Assembly (NCBI RefSeq): GCF_003918875.1
Contig: NW_025765296.1
Location: 1 to 64,000 of the forward strand
DNA: 64,000 bases
Direction: 5' to 3'
Origin: Haliotis rubra
Lineage: Eukaryota
This document shows, in pieces, positions 23,714 to 36,665 of the stretch. The notes under the pieces were generated by a model. That model was given only the letters and a program-made list of their open reading frames with translations, did no database searches and was not told the origin of the DNA. The translations under genes were made by a program, and so were the position numbers. Each line of letters opens with the position of its first letter. Within the stretch, counting starts at the first letter, position 1.

Positions 23714-25223
23714 CTGAAAATATAATCAGTTGTATTTACTAAACTTGTAAGAGGCTTGGAATTCTTGGCCAGCCATATATTCTTAGAATTGCTCATACAA
23801 ATTAATTCGGACACTTGAGATATGGAGAGGATAAATGATAAATTAACGTTAATTTTGTTAACATACTGAGATACAATTGAACATGAACAACCCGATCAAA
23901 CACACGATTAACGCAGTCCTAATCTGTTTCATCCCTTCTAAATTTTGAAAAGTGACTTACAGACTATATACTGATATCTCTCTTACATATCAGATAATAT
24001 TGGGTATATACCACAGTGTATGATATAGGCGTCTGCCCGTCGGTCCATTAATGACTAGTTACATGGCGGGCTTACAACTTTATTCTATAGCCAGCCACGT
24101 GGGCCAATACATTTTTCAAGGGTATATATTTGACCATGGCATTGACTACGGAAATATTTCAAAATAATATACAATTGTGGTAGCTAGATGAGGTCTGTAT
24201 AGTTCATGATCAATCAAACCATAACTTCCACAGATCAGCTTATCCATGTATCTACACTAAATGTGATTGGTCTAGAGAATGCTTTCAGCCAATGAACAAT
24301 GTGGTTCTCATAATAGTTGAATATTTTCAGTGAGCAACATTGTCTGTCGTTAATAACGGACAAGATCACCCCTAAGAGTTTGAGAATGATCAAATATGGT
24401 GGCGCCCATAGTCAGGTCTGTTAGTGTTTAGATCATAATGCTATGTAAATTCCTCCGACTCCCAGAACCGATAGAACGCCCACTAGGAAGCTTCGACAAC
24501 AAACAAACAATAAGGAGTATGATGCGACCAAGAGGAAACAGATAATTGTCCAATCGCGTGGAAAGTAGAGTTTGACTGGCTTACAGTTGACGATAACAAG
24601 GGCAAAATGTATTGTCAAAGGTTGCAGGTGGGCATATGGCCCATTAGCAACACAACAAATACCATTTAAATTTCTTAAGTACACAAAGGTAGTTTTGTAT
24701 CTGTAAGCACAAATCTGAAACATGATTCACTGGTAAATCACCAAGGCTCAGAAGGACACACATATGGCATTGGCACCTATCTCAGTTTCCTAGTTTTAAT
24801 ACAGGGCTGGTTCATGTTAACAGGGCCAGCAACATTTTTCAGTAATGAGCTCTGTGGGATTCCTCCTTTTTTTTTTAGGAGTTTGATACACTGGTATATG
24901 TTTACACTGCAGGGCATAATTTAAGGTCTAACTTTAAAACATAAAATGCTAACAGACTAAGGATGAAGGTTAGGATCACCTGCCTTGTACAAAATGGGTG
25001 CATGCAAACATGACATAGATAGTTCAAAAAGAGACTACTGATGTTTCATCTGTGGCAGTCATAATTATTGACATTAGAATCAGAATTATTGGCTGACACT
25101 TTTAGAAAAACAGTTCACAATTAATATCTGGACATGGCACAATATCTGAGCCCAATTGATCAGCTCTGCTGAACAATCAAGTCATCTAAAAATACAGGCA
25201 TGATGGAAGCAGATTGTTATTAC

Positions 25224-25291
25224 CACAAGTTCTTGGTCAAAGTCACATGTCTCTTTATCACAAGGAATTGCAGGTTTCCTTTCTTCAAAAG
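25224..25291 (-). CDS. FANCE: FANCE homologue exon 5
   Basis: AG/GT bounded, phase 1 to 0; FEERKPAIPCDKETCDFDQELV. Confidence 0.55.
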
Positions 25292-25496
25292 CTGCAAATA
25301 AACAGCAGAGAGAAAATCTGTCAAATACCGCATAAACCTACATATAAATTTGAATCCTCAAGAGCACAATGAACTATGTCAGGTGACAGGTATGACATAG
25401 CTGTATTCCTCAGATGGAGTGATTATGTACTACTTCAGTGAATTTGTTTATGGAACAAGGACTATTGTAATGTCAATGTCATTTTCATAATGAAGT

Positions 25497-25728
25497 CAGG
25501 GGTGGAAATAACCCATTGCCCGGCCCGAGTCCAGTGTTTTTTCTGTCGGGCAAGCAAATTTGTATATCACACTGTACGGTGTCCAGTTGACTTTCAATAT
25601 TAATTATGTTTATTTAAAAATCAACAAAAACGTCCGTATAGTGGAAAAAAATTATCAGGGCAATTGATTTTACATGTGCCACTGTAGCAGAGAGTACACT
25701 AGCAATTTTAAAGTTATTTCCACCCCTG
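25497..25728. mobile_element. MITE, TIR CAGGGGTGGAAATAAC (copy 2)
   Basis: Homologous to 16683-16916. Confidence 0.85.
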
Positions 25729-25730
25729 AA

Positions 25731-25897
25731 AGTGAGTCAGTGAGTTTAGCTTTACGCTGCTTTTAGCAATATTCCAGCAATAACACCGCGAGGGGACACC
25801 AGAAATTGGGTTCACACATTGTACCCATGTGGAGAATCGAACCCGGTCTTTGGCATGAGGAGCTAACGCTTTAACCACTAAGCTACCCCACCGTCCC
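25731..25897 (-). mobile_element. tRNA-derived SINE family 1
   Basis: Matches family consensus. Confidence 0.85.
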
Positions 25898-26326
25898 TCA
25901 TAATAAAGGCACTTATGCTACTTTGAGAGGACCATGGGTAAGACTGCAAAAAAAATATATTACAGTTCAAGAAGATTAATCCAAAGAACTAAATCACATA
26001 ATATTATGACATGTTCTGATCACAGTTAACTATGATGTTTGATCGGCATTCTAGAAGTTGGTGAGTCAGTAATACAACATACAACTTTATGGATAACATG
26101 TTTATGTTTATTGCATAGAGCGATGTTTTCGTGTGAAATCTTAGGTTCTAACAGGTTTTTATGCTTTATTATGTTTATAATGAACACGCTCATAACAATC
26201 TGACAGATAAATTCAACTGTTTTCTTTTTGTCCCGACACTTGCAGTTTAACAAACCACGGTTATGTTAAAGTATAATTTGTGGCCACTTTAAGTTCATTA
26301 TAACCATACTTTACTACATTGCCAAC

Positions 26327-26567
26327 CTTCACTTTTATTTTCTTGGCTGTTGGTGGTTCACATCCATCTTCATCCTCATCCAGGATAATTATGAAGTCTG
26401 GATCCTCCTCTCCTCCACCAAGAGCATTTTTCTCCTCCTCTCCGCCTTCCAAGCCAGGATTCTGAATCCATTCACTGACTCAAGCGGCACCACAAGCACC
26501 TGCTGTTTTGGTCACCACCTTGTCAGGAGATTCTTTAGAAGCAGTGACATATCGCCAGCAGGTGGCA
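26327..26567 (-). CDS. FANCE: FANCE homologue exon 4 (disrupted as assembled)
   Basis: Pyrimidine tract and AG; VPPAGDMSLLLKNLLTRW ... GLEGGEEEKN..DEDEDGCEPPTAKKIKV (acidic linker plus NLS-like motif as in FANCE). No single frame is open throughout. Confidence 0.55.
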
Positions 26568-26889
26568 CTAAAAACACAAAGACGAAAATATTGTTCAACA
26601 AAATTACTGTTATCATGTGTCACTGAAGTTTATGGAGGTGTTAGGATCCACATCACATGCTGAATACTGTGATATACATAACATGGATGCCAGGAAACAC
26701 TGTAACTGACTGCCAGCTCCAGCCCTCACTATGGACTGTGTTAAGTGTGATCCAGTGTTTGCCCCACGATAACAATTTAAAACTTTATGTTTACACAACT
26801 TGTTCAAGTAGTTATGACGGACAGTAAGACCTTATTTTCTTCTTCGCGAACTTGTCAAATAATGATAAAGTTACAAACGAATCACTGGT

Positions 26890-29800
26890 CACCAGGAAAT
26901 GCCCAGTAAACTAGAACCTGTCATGGTGGAAATGTCCAATATACTAGCACCTGTCATGGTGGAAATGCCCAGTATACTAGCACCTGTCATGGTGGAAATG
27001 TTCAGTATACTAGAACCTGTCATGGTGGAAATGTCATGTATACTAGCACCTGTCATGGTGGAAATGTTCAGTATACTAGCACCTGTCATGGTGGAAATGT
27101 CCAGTATACTAGCACCTGTCATGGTTCGAAATGTCCAGTATACTAGCACCTGTCATGGAAATGTCCAGTATACTAGAACCTATCATGGTGGAAATGCCCG
27201 GCATACTAGCACCTGTCATGGTGGAAATGTCCATTATACTAGCACCTGTCATGGTGGAAATGTTCAGTATACCAGCACCTGTCACGGTGGAAATGCCCAG
27301 TATACTAGCACCTGTCATGGTGGAAATGTCCAGTATACTAGCACCTGTCATGGAAATGTCCAGTATACTAGAACCTATCATGGTGGAAATGTCCCGAATA
27401 CTAGCACCTGTCATGGTGGAAATGTCCAGTATACTACTAGTTACCAGCACCTCTCATGGTGGAATGTCCAGTATACTAGCACCCGTCATGGAAATGTCCA
27501 GTATACTAGCACCTGTCATGGAAATGTCCAGTATACTAGCACCTGTCATGGAAATGTCCAGTATACTAGCACCCGTCATGGTGGAAATGTCCAGTATACT
27601 AGCACCTGTCATGGTGGAAATGTCAAGTATACTAACACCTGTCATGGAAATGTCCAGTATACTTAGAACCTTTCATGGTGGAAATGTCCGCATACTAGCA
27701 CCTGTCATGGTGGATATGTCCGCATACTAGCACCTGTCACGGTGGAAATGTTCAGTATACTAGCACCTGTCATCGCGGAAATGTCCAGTATACCAGCACC
27801 TGTCATCGCGGAAATGTTCAGTATACCAGCACCCGTCATGGTGGAAATGTCCAGCATACTCAGCACCTGTCATGGTGGAAATGTTCAGTATACTCAGCAC
27901 CTGTCATGGTGGAAATGTTCAGTATACCAGCACCTGTCATGGTGGAAATGTCCAGTATACCAGCACCCGTCATGGTGGAAATGTTCAGTATACTAGCACC
28001 CGTCATGGTGGAAATGTTCAGTATACCAGCACCCGTCATGGTGGAAATGTTCAGCATACTCAGCACCCGTCATGGTGGATATGTCCGCATACCAGCACCT
28101 GTCACGGTGGAAATGTTCAGTATACTCAGCACCTGTCATGGTGGAAATGTTCAGTATACTAGCACCTGTCATGGTGGAAATGTTCAGTATACCTAGCACC
28201 TGTCATGGTGGAAATGTTCAGTATACCAGCACCCGTCATGGTGGAAATGTTCAGTATACCAGCACCTGTCATGGTGGAAATGTCCAGTATACTCAGCACC
28301 CGTCATGGTAGAAATGTTCAGTATACCAGCACCTCCGTCATGGTGGATATGTCCGCATACCAGCACCTGTCACGTGGAAATGTTCAGTATACTCAGCACC
28401 TGTCATGGTGGAAATGTTCAGCATACCTAGCACCTGTCATGGTGGAAATGTCCAGCATACCAGCACCTGTCTGTCATGGTGGAAATGTTCAGTATACTCA
28501 GCACCTCGTCATGGTGGAAATGTTCAGTATACTAGCACCTGTCATGGTGGAAATGTTCAGTATACCAGCACCCGTCATGGTGGAAATGTTCAGTATACCA
28601 GCACCTGTCATGGTGGATATGTCCGCATACTAGCACCTGTCACGGTGGAAATGTTCAGTATACCAGCACCCGTCATGGTGGAAATGTTCAGTATACCAGC
28701 ACCTGTCATGGTGGAAATGTTCAGTATACCAGCACCTGTCATGGTGGAAATGTCCAGTATACTAGCACCTGTCATGGTGGAAATGTCCAGTATACTCAGC
28801 ACCTGTCACGGTGGAAATGTTCAGTATACCAGCAATCTGTCATGGTGGAAATGTCCAGTATACTCAGCATACGTCACGGTAAAAAATGTCCGCATACCAG
28901 CACCTGTCACGGTGGAAATGTTCAGTATACTCAGCACCTGTCACGGTGGAAATGTTCAGCATACTCAGCACCTGTCATGGTGGAAATGTCCAGTATACTC
29001 AGCACCTCCGTCACGGTGGAAATGTTCAGCATACCAGCACCTGTCATGGTGGAAATGTCCAGTATACTCAGCACCTGTCATGGTAAAAATGTCCGGCATA
29101 CTAGCACCTGTCACGTGGATATGTCCAGCATACCAGAAACCTGTCATGGTGGAAATGTTCAGTATACTAGAACGCGGTCATGGTGGAAATGTCCAGCATA
29201 CCAGCACCTGTCACGGTGGAAATGTTCAGTATACCAGAACGCGGTCATGGTGGAAATGTCCAGTATACTAGCACATGTCATGGTGGAAATGTTCATAATA
29301 CTCAGCACCTGTCATGGTGGAAATGTCCAGTATACTCAGCACCTGTCATGGTGGAAATGTCCAGTATACCAGAACCCGTCATGGTGGAAATGTCCAGCAT
29401 ACTAGAACCTGTCACGGTGGAAATGTCCAGTATACCAGAACCCGTCACGCGGAAATGTCCAGTATACCAGCACCTGTCACGGTGGAAATGTTCATATACT
29501 AGCACCTGTCATGGTGGAAATGTCCAGCATACCAGAACCCGTCACGGCGGAAATGTCCAATATACTCAGCACCTGTCACGGTGGAAATGTCCAGTATACT
29601 AGAACCCTGTCAACGGTGGAAATGTTCAGCATACCAGCACCCGTCATGGTGGAAATGTCCAGTATACCAGCACCCGTCATGGTGGAAATGTCCAGTATAC
29701 TAGCACCTGTCATGGTGGAAATGTCCAGTATACTAGAACCTGTCACGTGGAAATGTCCAGTATACCAGAACCTGTCACGGTGGAAATGTCCAGCATACCA

Positions 29801-31720
29801 GCACCCGTCACGTGGAAATGTTCAGTATACCAGCACCTGTCATGGTGGAAATGTCCAGTATACTAGAACCCGTCAATGTGGTGGAAATGTCCAATATACC
29901 AGCACCCGTCACGGTGGAAATGTCCAGCATACCAGAACCTGTCACGGTGGAAATGTTCAGTATACTCAGCACCTGTCATGGTGGAAATGTCCAGTATACC
30001 AGCACCTGTCATGGTGGAAATGTCCAGCATACTCAGCAACCTGTCATGGTGGAAATGTCCAGCATACCAGAACCTGTCATGGTGGAAATGTCCAGTATAC
30101 TACAGAACCTGTCACGGTGGAAATGTCCAGCATACTAGAAATGTCACGTGGAAATGTTCAGTATACTAGCACCTGTCATGGTGGAAATGTCCAGTATACT
30201 CAGAACCTGTCATGGTGGAAATGTCCAGCATACTAGAACCTGTCACGGTGGAAATGTCCAGTATACTAGAACCCGTCATGGTGGAAATGTCCAGTATACT
30301 AGAACCTGTCACGGTGGAAATGTCCAGTATACTAGCACCCGTCATGGTGGAAATGTCCAGTATACTAGAACCTGTCACGGGTGGAAATGTCCAGTATACC
30401 AGAACCTGTCACGGCGGAAATGTCCAGCATACCAGAACCTGTCATGGTGGAAATGTCCAGCATACCAGAACCTGTCACGTGGAAATGTCCAGTATACTAG
30501 AACCTGTCATGGTGGAAATGTCCAGCATACCAGAACCCGTCACGTGGAAATGTCCAGTATACTAGAACCTGTCATGGTGGAAATGTCCAGTATACTAGAA
30601 CCTGTCCGCGGTGGAAATGTCCAGCATACCTAGAACCTGTCATGGTGGAAATGTCCAGTATACCAGAACCTGTCACGGTGGAAATGTCCAGCATACCAGA
30701 ACCTGTCATGGTGGAAATGTCCAGTATACCAGCACCCGTCATGGTGGGAATTGTCCAGTATACTAGCACCCGTCATGGTTTGAAATGTTCAGTATACTAC
30801 TATTACTAACACCTGTCATGGTGGAAATGTTCAGTATACCAGCACCTGTCATGGTGGAAATGTTCAGTATACTAGCACCTGTCATGGTGGAAATGTTCAG
30901 TATACTAGCACCTGTCATGGTGGAAATGTCCAGTATACTAGCACCTGTCATGGTGGAATTGTCCAGTATACTAGCACCTGTCATGGTGGAAATGTTCAGT
31001 ATACTCAGCACCTGTCATGGTGGAAATGTTCAGTATACTAGCACCTGTCATGGTGGAAATGTCCAGTATACTAGCACCTGTCATGGTGGAATATGTCCAG
31101 TATACTAGAACCTGTCATTGTGGAAATGTCCAGTATACTAGAACCTGTCATGGTGGAAATGTCCAGTATACTAGAACCTGTCATGGTGGAAATGTCCAGT
31201 ATACTAGAACCTGTCACGTGGATATGTCCAGTATACTCAGCACCCGTCACGTGGAAATGTCCAGTATACTAGCACCTGTCATGGTGGAAATGTTCAGTAT
31301 ACTAGCACCTGTCATGGTGGAAATGTCCAGTATACTAGCACCTGTCATGGTGGAATTGTCCAGTATACTAGCACCTGTCACGGTGGAAATGTCCAGTATA
31401 CTAGAACCTGTCATGGTGGAAATGTCCAGTATACTCAGAACCTGTCAATGGTGGAAATGTCCAGCATACTAGAACCCGTCATGGTGGAAATGTCCAGTAT
31501 ACCAGCACCTGTCATGGTGGAAATGTCCAGTATACTAGCACCTGTCATGGTGGAAATGTTCAGTATACTAGCACCTGTCATGGTGGAATTGTCCAGTATA
31601 CTAGAACCTGTCACGGTGGAAATGTCCAGTATACTAGAACCCGTCATGGTGGAAATGTCCAGTATACTAGCACCTGTCATGGTGGAATTGTCCTGTATAA
31701 TAGCACCTGTCACGGTGAAC
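26890..31720. repeat. 4.8-kb 33-bp minisatellite in FANCE intron 3
   Basis: Unit CTAGCACCTGTCATGGTGGAAATGTCCAGTATA, roughly 145 copies; accounts for all repetitive ORFs in the track. Confidence 0.98.
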
Positions 31721-32221
31721 ACATAACAGTGCCAACTGCATGATGTAATTGAATGATTATGCTATCTCGTGAAGCAACACTTGGAACTTTTCAACTCCTT
31801 TGTTGACCTGACCTTTCTTATTTACATATGACTTATTTGGAATTTCTGTGCAAATAGTTTCATTGCAGATCACGCTATGTGTTTGAGAATGAGAACAACC
31901 ACCCATCTATCAATTTCATGACCCTTTTAATTATAGTTGCCAATAACTGAGAATGTATTTCATGTGGACTTAAGATCCCTGAGACTTTATTTTTCAAACT
32001 GTTTGTGTCTTCCTCTACATATATTTTCGTGATTAACCTAATTCAAAGATGGCAACAATGAAAATAGTCCAAAATAAAATAACATTTAACTAATACAACA
32101 TGTAACTCCATATGCAAGCAGAAGTTTGAAATCTGGATGTCAGGATACCAGGAACAATCTGGAGGTGTCCCAACAATCTGGATAAGTATTGTATCAGGGA
32201 AAGAGTGATTGAAAGAGTAAG

Positions 32222-32368
32222 GTTTTACCTTGCTTTTACCAATATTCAGCAATATCATGGTGGGGGACACCAGAAATGGGCTTCACATATTATACCCATG
32301 TGGGGAATCGAACCCAGGTCTTCGGCGTGACGAGAGGACACTTCAACCACTAGGTTACCCTACCACCA
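32222..32368 (-). mobile_element. tRNA-derived SINE family 1
   Basis: Matches family consensus. Confidence 0.85.
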
Positions 32369-32403
32369 ATATCAGGGAGAGAGATCTGATTTACAAATTT
32401 CAC

Positions 32404-32630
32404 CTTCTTGTCCAAGAAGTGCCATGGTGGGATTCACTGTGGGTGTAACACCAACATGCTCAGCCAGCAGCCGCCACAACAGGGTGGTCCAGGAGATGGT
32501 GGTGTGTGGAGCTTTCACCTCCAGGACAAACTGTCTGAGAACCTCCATTTTGATGTCCCCTCGATGCTGGAAGATGACAGCTACAATGTTCCTTTGAAGA
32601 TCAGGGGGCAGGCTACTGTACACAGAACTT
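32404..32630 (-). CDS. FANCE: FANCE homologue exon 3
   Basis: AG/GT bounded, phase 2 to 1, open: SSVYSSLPPDLQRNIVAVIFQHRGDIKMEVLRQFVLEV... The 'LPxxxQRN' motif resembles the FANCE N-terminal region. Confidence 0.8.
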
Positions 32631-33333
32631 CTGAAAATGTTTCAGAACAATCAAATCACTTCTTGTAGTCAGTAAAATGCTATGTTTTTTCATCATCATT
32701 GTGGGCAAGATGGCAGACTGATAGATAAGCATCATGAGCAGGGACATTTGGTTTGTCCTGGAGATATTTTTCTGATATTGAGAAGTTTTTCATGTGATCA
32801 TTCACATAGGTTAATAATCATTTCCTTTTGGTGTCTGATATAGTTTTACTCTGTCAAATATGTTAAACACCACTGATCAGACTTTTTTAAACATAATTCT
32901 GCTGAATATTTAAAACCTGCTAATGTGCTTCCCCTGTGTGTGACATGTCACAGAAACTCACTCAAGGATTGGCATTTTCATGAATACCCTGTGAAATATA
33001 GCGCCCATTTTACGCAGAGTTTGTGTCTGTGTTATATCTGAATTGGTTTTGTTTGCTACACTCTGCAACATTCCAGCTATGTGATGGTGTTCTGTAAGTA
33101 CTTGATTCTGGACCAGACAATCCAGTGATTAACATCATGAGCATTGATTTACACAGTTGAGATATGTGCATTTAATCAATGCTCAAGCACTAGGTAATTA
33201 CTCAGTGTGATATTGCAGAGTTAAGATATATTTTCAAATGTACTTGTACTCAAGCCACACAAACTAAATTGGGTGATTACTTTTTGTGTGTATATTTTAC
33301 ACGAATACACATCTCACCTAGATCCCTGTGGTA

Positions 33334-33511
33334 TGAAGAATGATGTTAATTTTATGGATATACAACTTCTTTATTCTGTGAAAGGCGATGTTTCGACATA
33401 AATTCTAATGTCGTTATCATCACTTGCCTGACGACATTAGAATCTACGTCAAAACGTCACCTTTCACAGAAGAAAGAAGTTATATATCCATAAAATTATT
33501 ATCATTCTTCA
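33334..33511. repeat. Imperfect palindrome, Penelope-like terminal repeat family
   Basis: ~85-bp inverted arms with CTGACGA..AAACGTC..AAAGAAGTT..ATCCATA. Confidence 0.7.
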
Positions 33512-34052
33512 GCCCTGGGGGTCAGATATTTGTTTTTCTAATTCACTTGCACCTGTTCCACAAAGCAAATCTTAGAGCAATGACAATAAGCCTGTGTTAA
33601 AATATGGGATTTATGATTACCTCAGCCCTAATATTGCTTTGTGAAATGGGGACCTTATTTTGGTTTAGAAACACAACATAAAATGGGAAAGAGATCATGA
33701 TTGGCAATGATTTTTTGGCTACTTTCTGCATTCAGCTGGTCTTCTTGACATTTCACACCATGAAACTTCATAACTTTGAAGGACATCATAACATTTGACA
33801 GGACATTAAATAGGGTGAATTCTTGATGTCCAACAATGATCTTGGTAGAAAAGGGAGAGAACTCTGAATAGGACAGATACTCCAATCATGAGTTTCACAT
33901 ATGTATCACAGCTGATTAGCACCTCATTTCTAACATGCCTACCTCATAAAAGACATTTGTACTGTTTGCCATTATGAAATTATCATCTTGGACAGGGACA
34001 GGGGCATCCAAGCTATTGTTATACTGATCAATACAACAAAACAGTAACTTAC

Positions 34053-34287
34053 AGCACAAACTTCTCACGGCTTCCTGAGACAACCTGATCCGACAGGAAT
34101 TCTAGCAGAACTTGCCATTGCGCTGGAACATGATCTGCGTAGAGTGTTGACATGTTCTCCCTAAGCCATATCTCAGCTTTTTGTAGTGACCTGTCTCCTT
34201 CCAGAGCTGTAAACAAACCTTCCCACTGGCAGGGGGTGGGTGGCCCCAGACAGACTCCACTTCTCTGGGACGTCATTGGTTTAGTAG
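34053..34287 (-). CDS. FANCE: FANCE homologue exon 2
   Basis: ACACAG acceptor, GTAAGT donor, phase 1 to 2, open: TKPMTSQRSGVCLGPPTPCQWEGLFTALEG...EKFVL. Confidence 0.78.
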
Positions 34288-35499
34288 CTGTGTAGATGGT
34301 AAGATAACAGAATTAATCAATACCAGTTACTATCACAGAGCATTATCTAGTTATCTGTTTGATGAATACAACATATTGAGGGGATAAAATTGTCCTGGAA
34401 AGTTTGGTTTTGTTGGGGCTAATGAGTGGTTTTGGGGTTTGGGGGTTTTGTTTGCTTTGGTTTTTTTGTTAGTTTTTTTTGTTGGGGGGAAGGGGGAGTG
34501 TCTTCACAAAATAATGGAATTGTTTGGAAATATCAAATGTATATGGGGTTAAAATAAAACTTTAACCACTTCCCCTGAAGTGTAGACTCCACAGGGGCCC
34601 TTATGGGTAACATAGATCAGCCATTCTCAGTTAAAATGTACAATTGCCAGTGGAAACTCGCGGGAAACAAATGTTTCATGTTCGGTAAATTGCATTACTT
34701 TTCATGACGTACAAGCATTTGAGAATCTGTTACTAAATATTCGGCACTCAGGCACAGACAATTACCCTGCAACAGCTCTTTATACTACTGTACCCTGAAG
34801 TGACAATGAAATTTACGTGATGACACCCAAGTCATAATGACCAGCTGCCTTTCAATTAGCAATACACTGACATTTTAAAAAACAGCAGAATACGATAGAC
34901 AGTTTCACATGTCATCTATGTGGAAAAGCAATATGAACATCCAGGCGTGTACTTTATTATGTCAGATATTTTATACTGGGTATGAAAGGAAATGCCATTG
35001 TTAAAACTGATACGCTTTCTCAATGATAGTGCTAAAACAAAATTGCTGCGTTTCATATTTGATTATCACCTGTCACTGTGATACTGTATTGTCAGGCAAT
35101 AATTTCACATGCTGGTCCCAACGATCTTAACAGTCATCTGTGTAACAACTCATTCTTTTTTTGAGTGACGTAAATTACAATGTTTCATTAATTTTGATAC
35201 AAATAAACAATACCAAATGACAAAAGGTGCAACTCTTAAATGCTTCTATTTAGAAGGGGTTTTTTTTCCAAATAGACAACTAATTAATGAAACCAACAAC
35301 TTATGGTTAACCTGACCATGAACATTAGACACATAGACCCTGATCAAAATACGACTGTCACGAAAATTACCAGTCAACAATTGCAACTTTAAATATAAAT
35401 GGGCATAGGTGATACTATCATAAGCAAGGACCAAAGCAGAACTTTCAAAGAACATTTGACGATATATGAATGTATAAAACATAGAAACTTGCACATGAT

Positions 35500-35848
35500 T
35501 AAAAGCGGGTAGCTTAAAATCACTGGTTCCTGTGTTGTACTGGACACACCATTCTCATCAGACATTTCAGTCACTTCAGGCTCCCATGGATTAACTTCTG
35601 CAGTCAGCTTCATTCTGGTTCATAGTAGCTAGAATGGCTTTTACTTTTCTGCATATTTTCTGACATTTCTTTTTGTTTCTTTCTCTACATTTTTTTTTTT
35701 TTTTCTTTTTCAGCTCTAGACAGTGTACTGGTCTGCTTATAATACTTTTAACCGTTCCAATTCTTTCCTATTCCATTTTGTTTCCCAATTCTGATTTTTC
35801 CTTCTCTGTATTCTCTTTGTCTCTCTGCTTGAGATTTAGCTATAATAA
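35500..35848 (-). mobile_element. Degenerate DNA-transposon ORF N-terminus (AKSQAERQREYRE..K type)
   Basis: Basic helix motif typical of transposase N-termini; frameshifted; family not determined. Confidence 0.4.
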
Positions 35849-36113
35849 CTGCAATAGATGACCACAATTCAAGCAATAACGTATAGATTCCATCATTTAA
35901 CATAATGTCACTTTCCAAACAATCCCCAATAAAGTATTGTAATTTACGTTAACAGTTAATATAGGACTTCATAAATGCTTTATTATTAATCGCATGCAAT
36001 AACATCACTACATGTTTTGTTTTTAAGTATTATTATCATACCTACTGTGCAGTTTCACAAGTATCATATAAAGAACTACATCAACAATTATAATCAAAAA
36101 CTGAAAATAGTTC

Positions 36114-36290
36114 GGAAAGAGTTCCTTCCGTTCCCCCAACCCTAAACCTAACTCTAAACCTAACCCTAACTTAAATTTTGGACTTTTAGTCATTTTGTGA
36201 GTTCTCTAGTAATTGTTGTGTCAAGCTTTGTTAATAATGTTAGCATATTTATACTATTATTTGGGATGGGGAACGGGAGTAACTCTTGCC
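36114..36290. mobile_element. Small MITE (Merlin-like) with internal CCCTAA-like repeats
   Basis: GG-terminated ~22-bp TIRs; 8-bp TSD AATAGTTC/AATAGTTT. Confidence 0.6.
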
Positions 36291-36646
36291 AATAGTTTAC
36301 ATCTTTAAATTTAAATTTCCACGATCCAATCACAGGTTTACTGCTTTATCAACTTGATAGGAAACCATATGTTTCAACATTCAGCTTACTTTATACAGAA
36401 AAGATTAATGTAGAGGCAATGACAGCATTTGTTTAACTGAGAATGACTGAGATGTCTATCAGTCAACGAGTGTTGGACCTAGGACGTATTATTTTCAGCA
36501 ATACAAGCCCCTGTGTAGGCTGTAAGTAGCCGAGAGCCGCGATGCGGTCCAATACAGTCAAGACATGACCCTGCATCGCGATGCAGTATGGATCTCGGCT
36601 CGCTCTACAGACTCCTACATGAGGTACGAAACAGGTTACTTTTTAC

Positions 36647-36665
36647 CTGTTGTCAGTGTTGACAT
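36647..36665 (-). CDS. FANCE: FANCE homologue, putative first coding exon
   Basis: GCAATG TCA ACA CTG ACA ACA G|GTAAAA; phase 1 matches exon 2; CpG-richer sequence upstream. Confidence 0.5.

Noticed and set aside
26479-26481. In-frame TGA in FANCE exon 4 as selenocysteine
   Set aside because: That frame does not match the phase of exon 3, neighbouring exons have indels, no SECIS was recognised, and FANCE is not a known selenoprotein.
26889-31726. Long repetitive ORFs (MVEMSSILAPV, TSTCHGGNVQY, MTGASILDIST) as genes
   Set aside because: They are a by-product of a 33-bp unit, overlap in many frames, lack splice or promoter support and lie in a FANCE intron.
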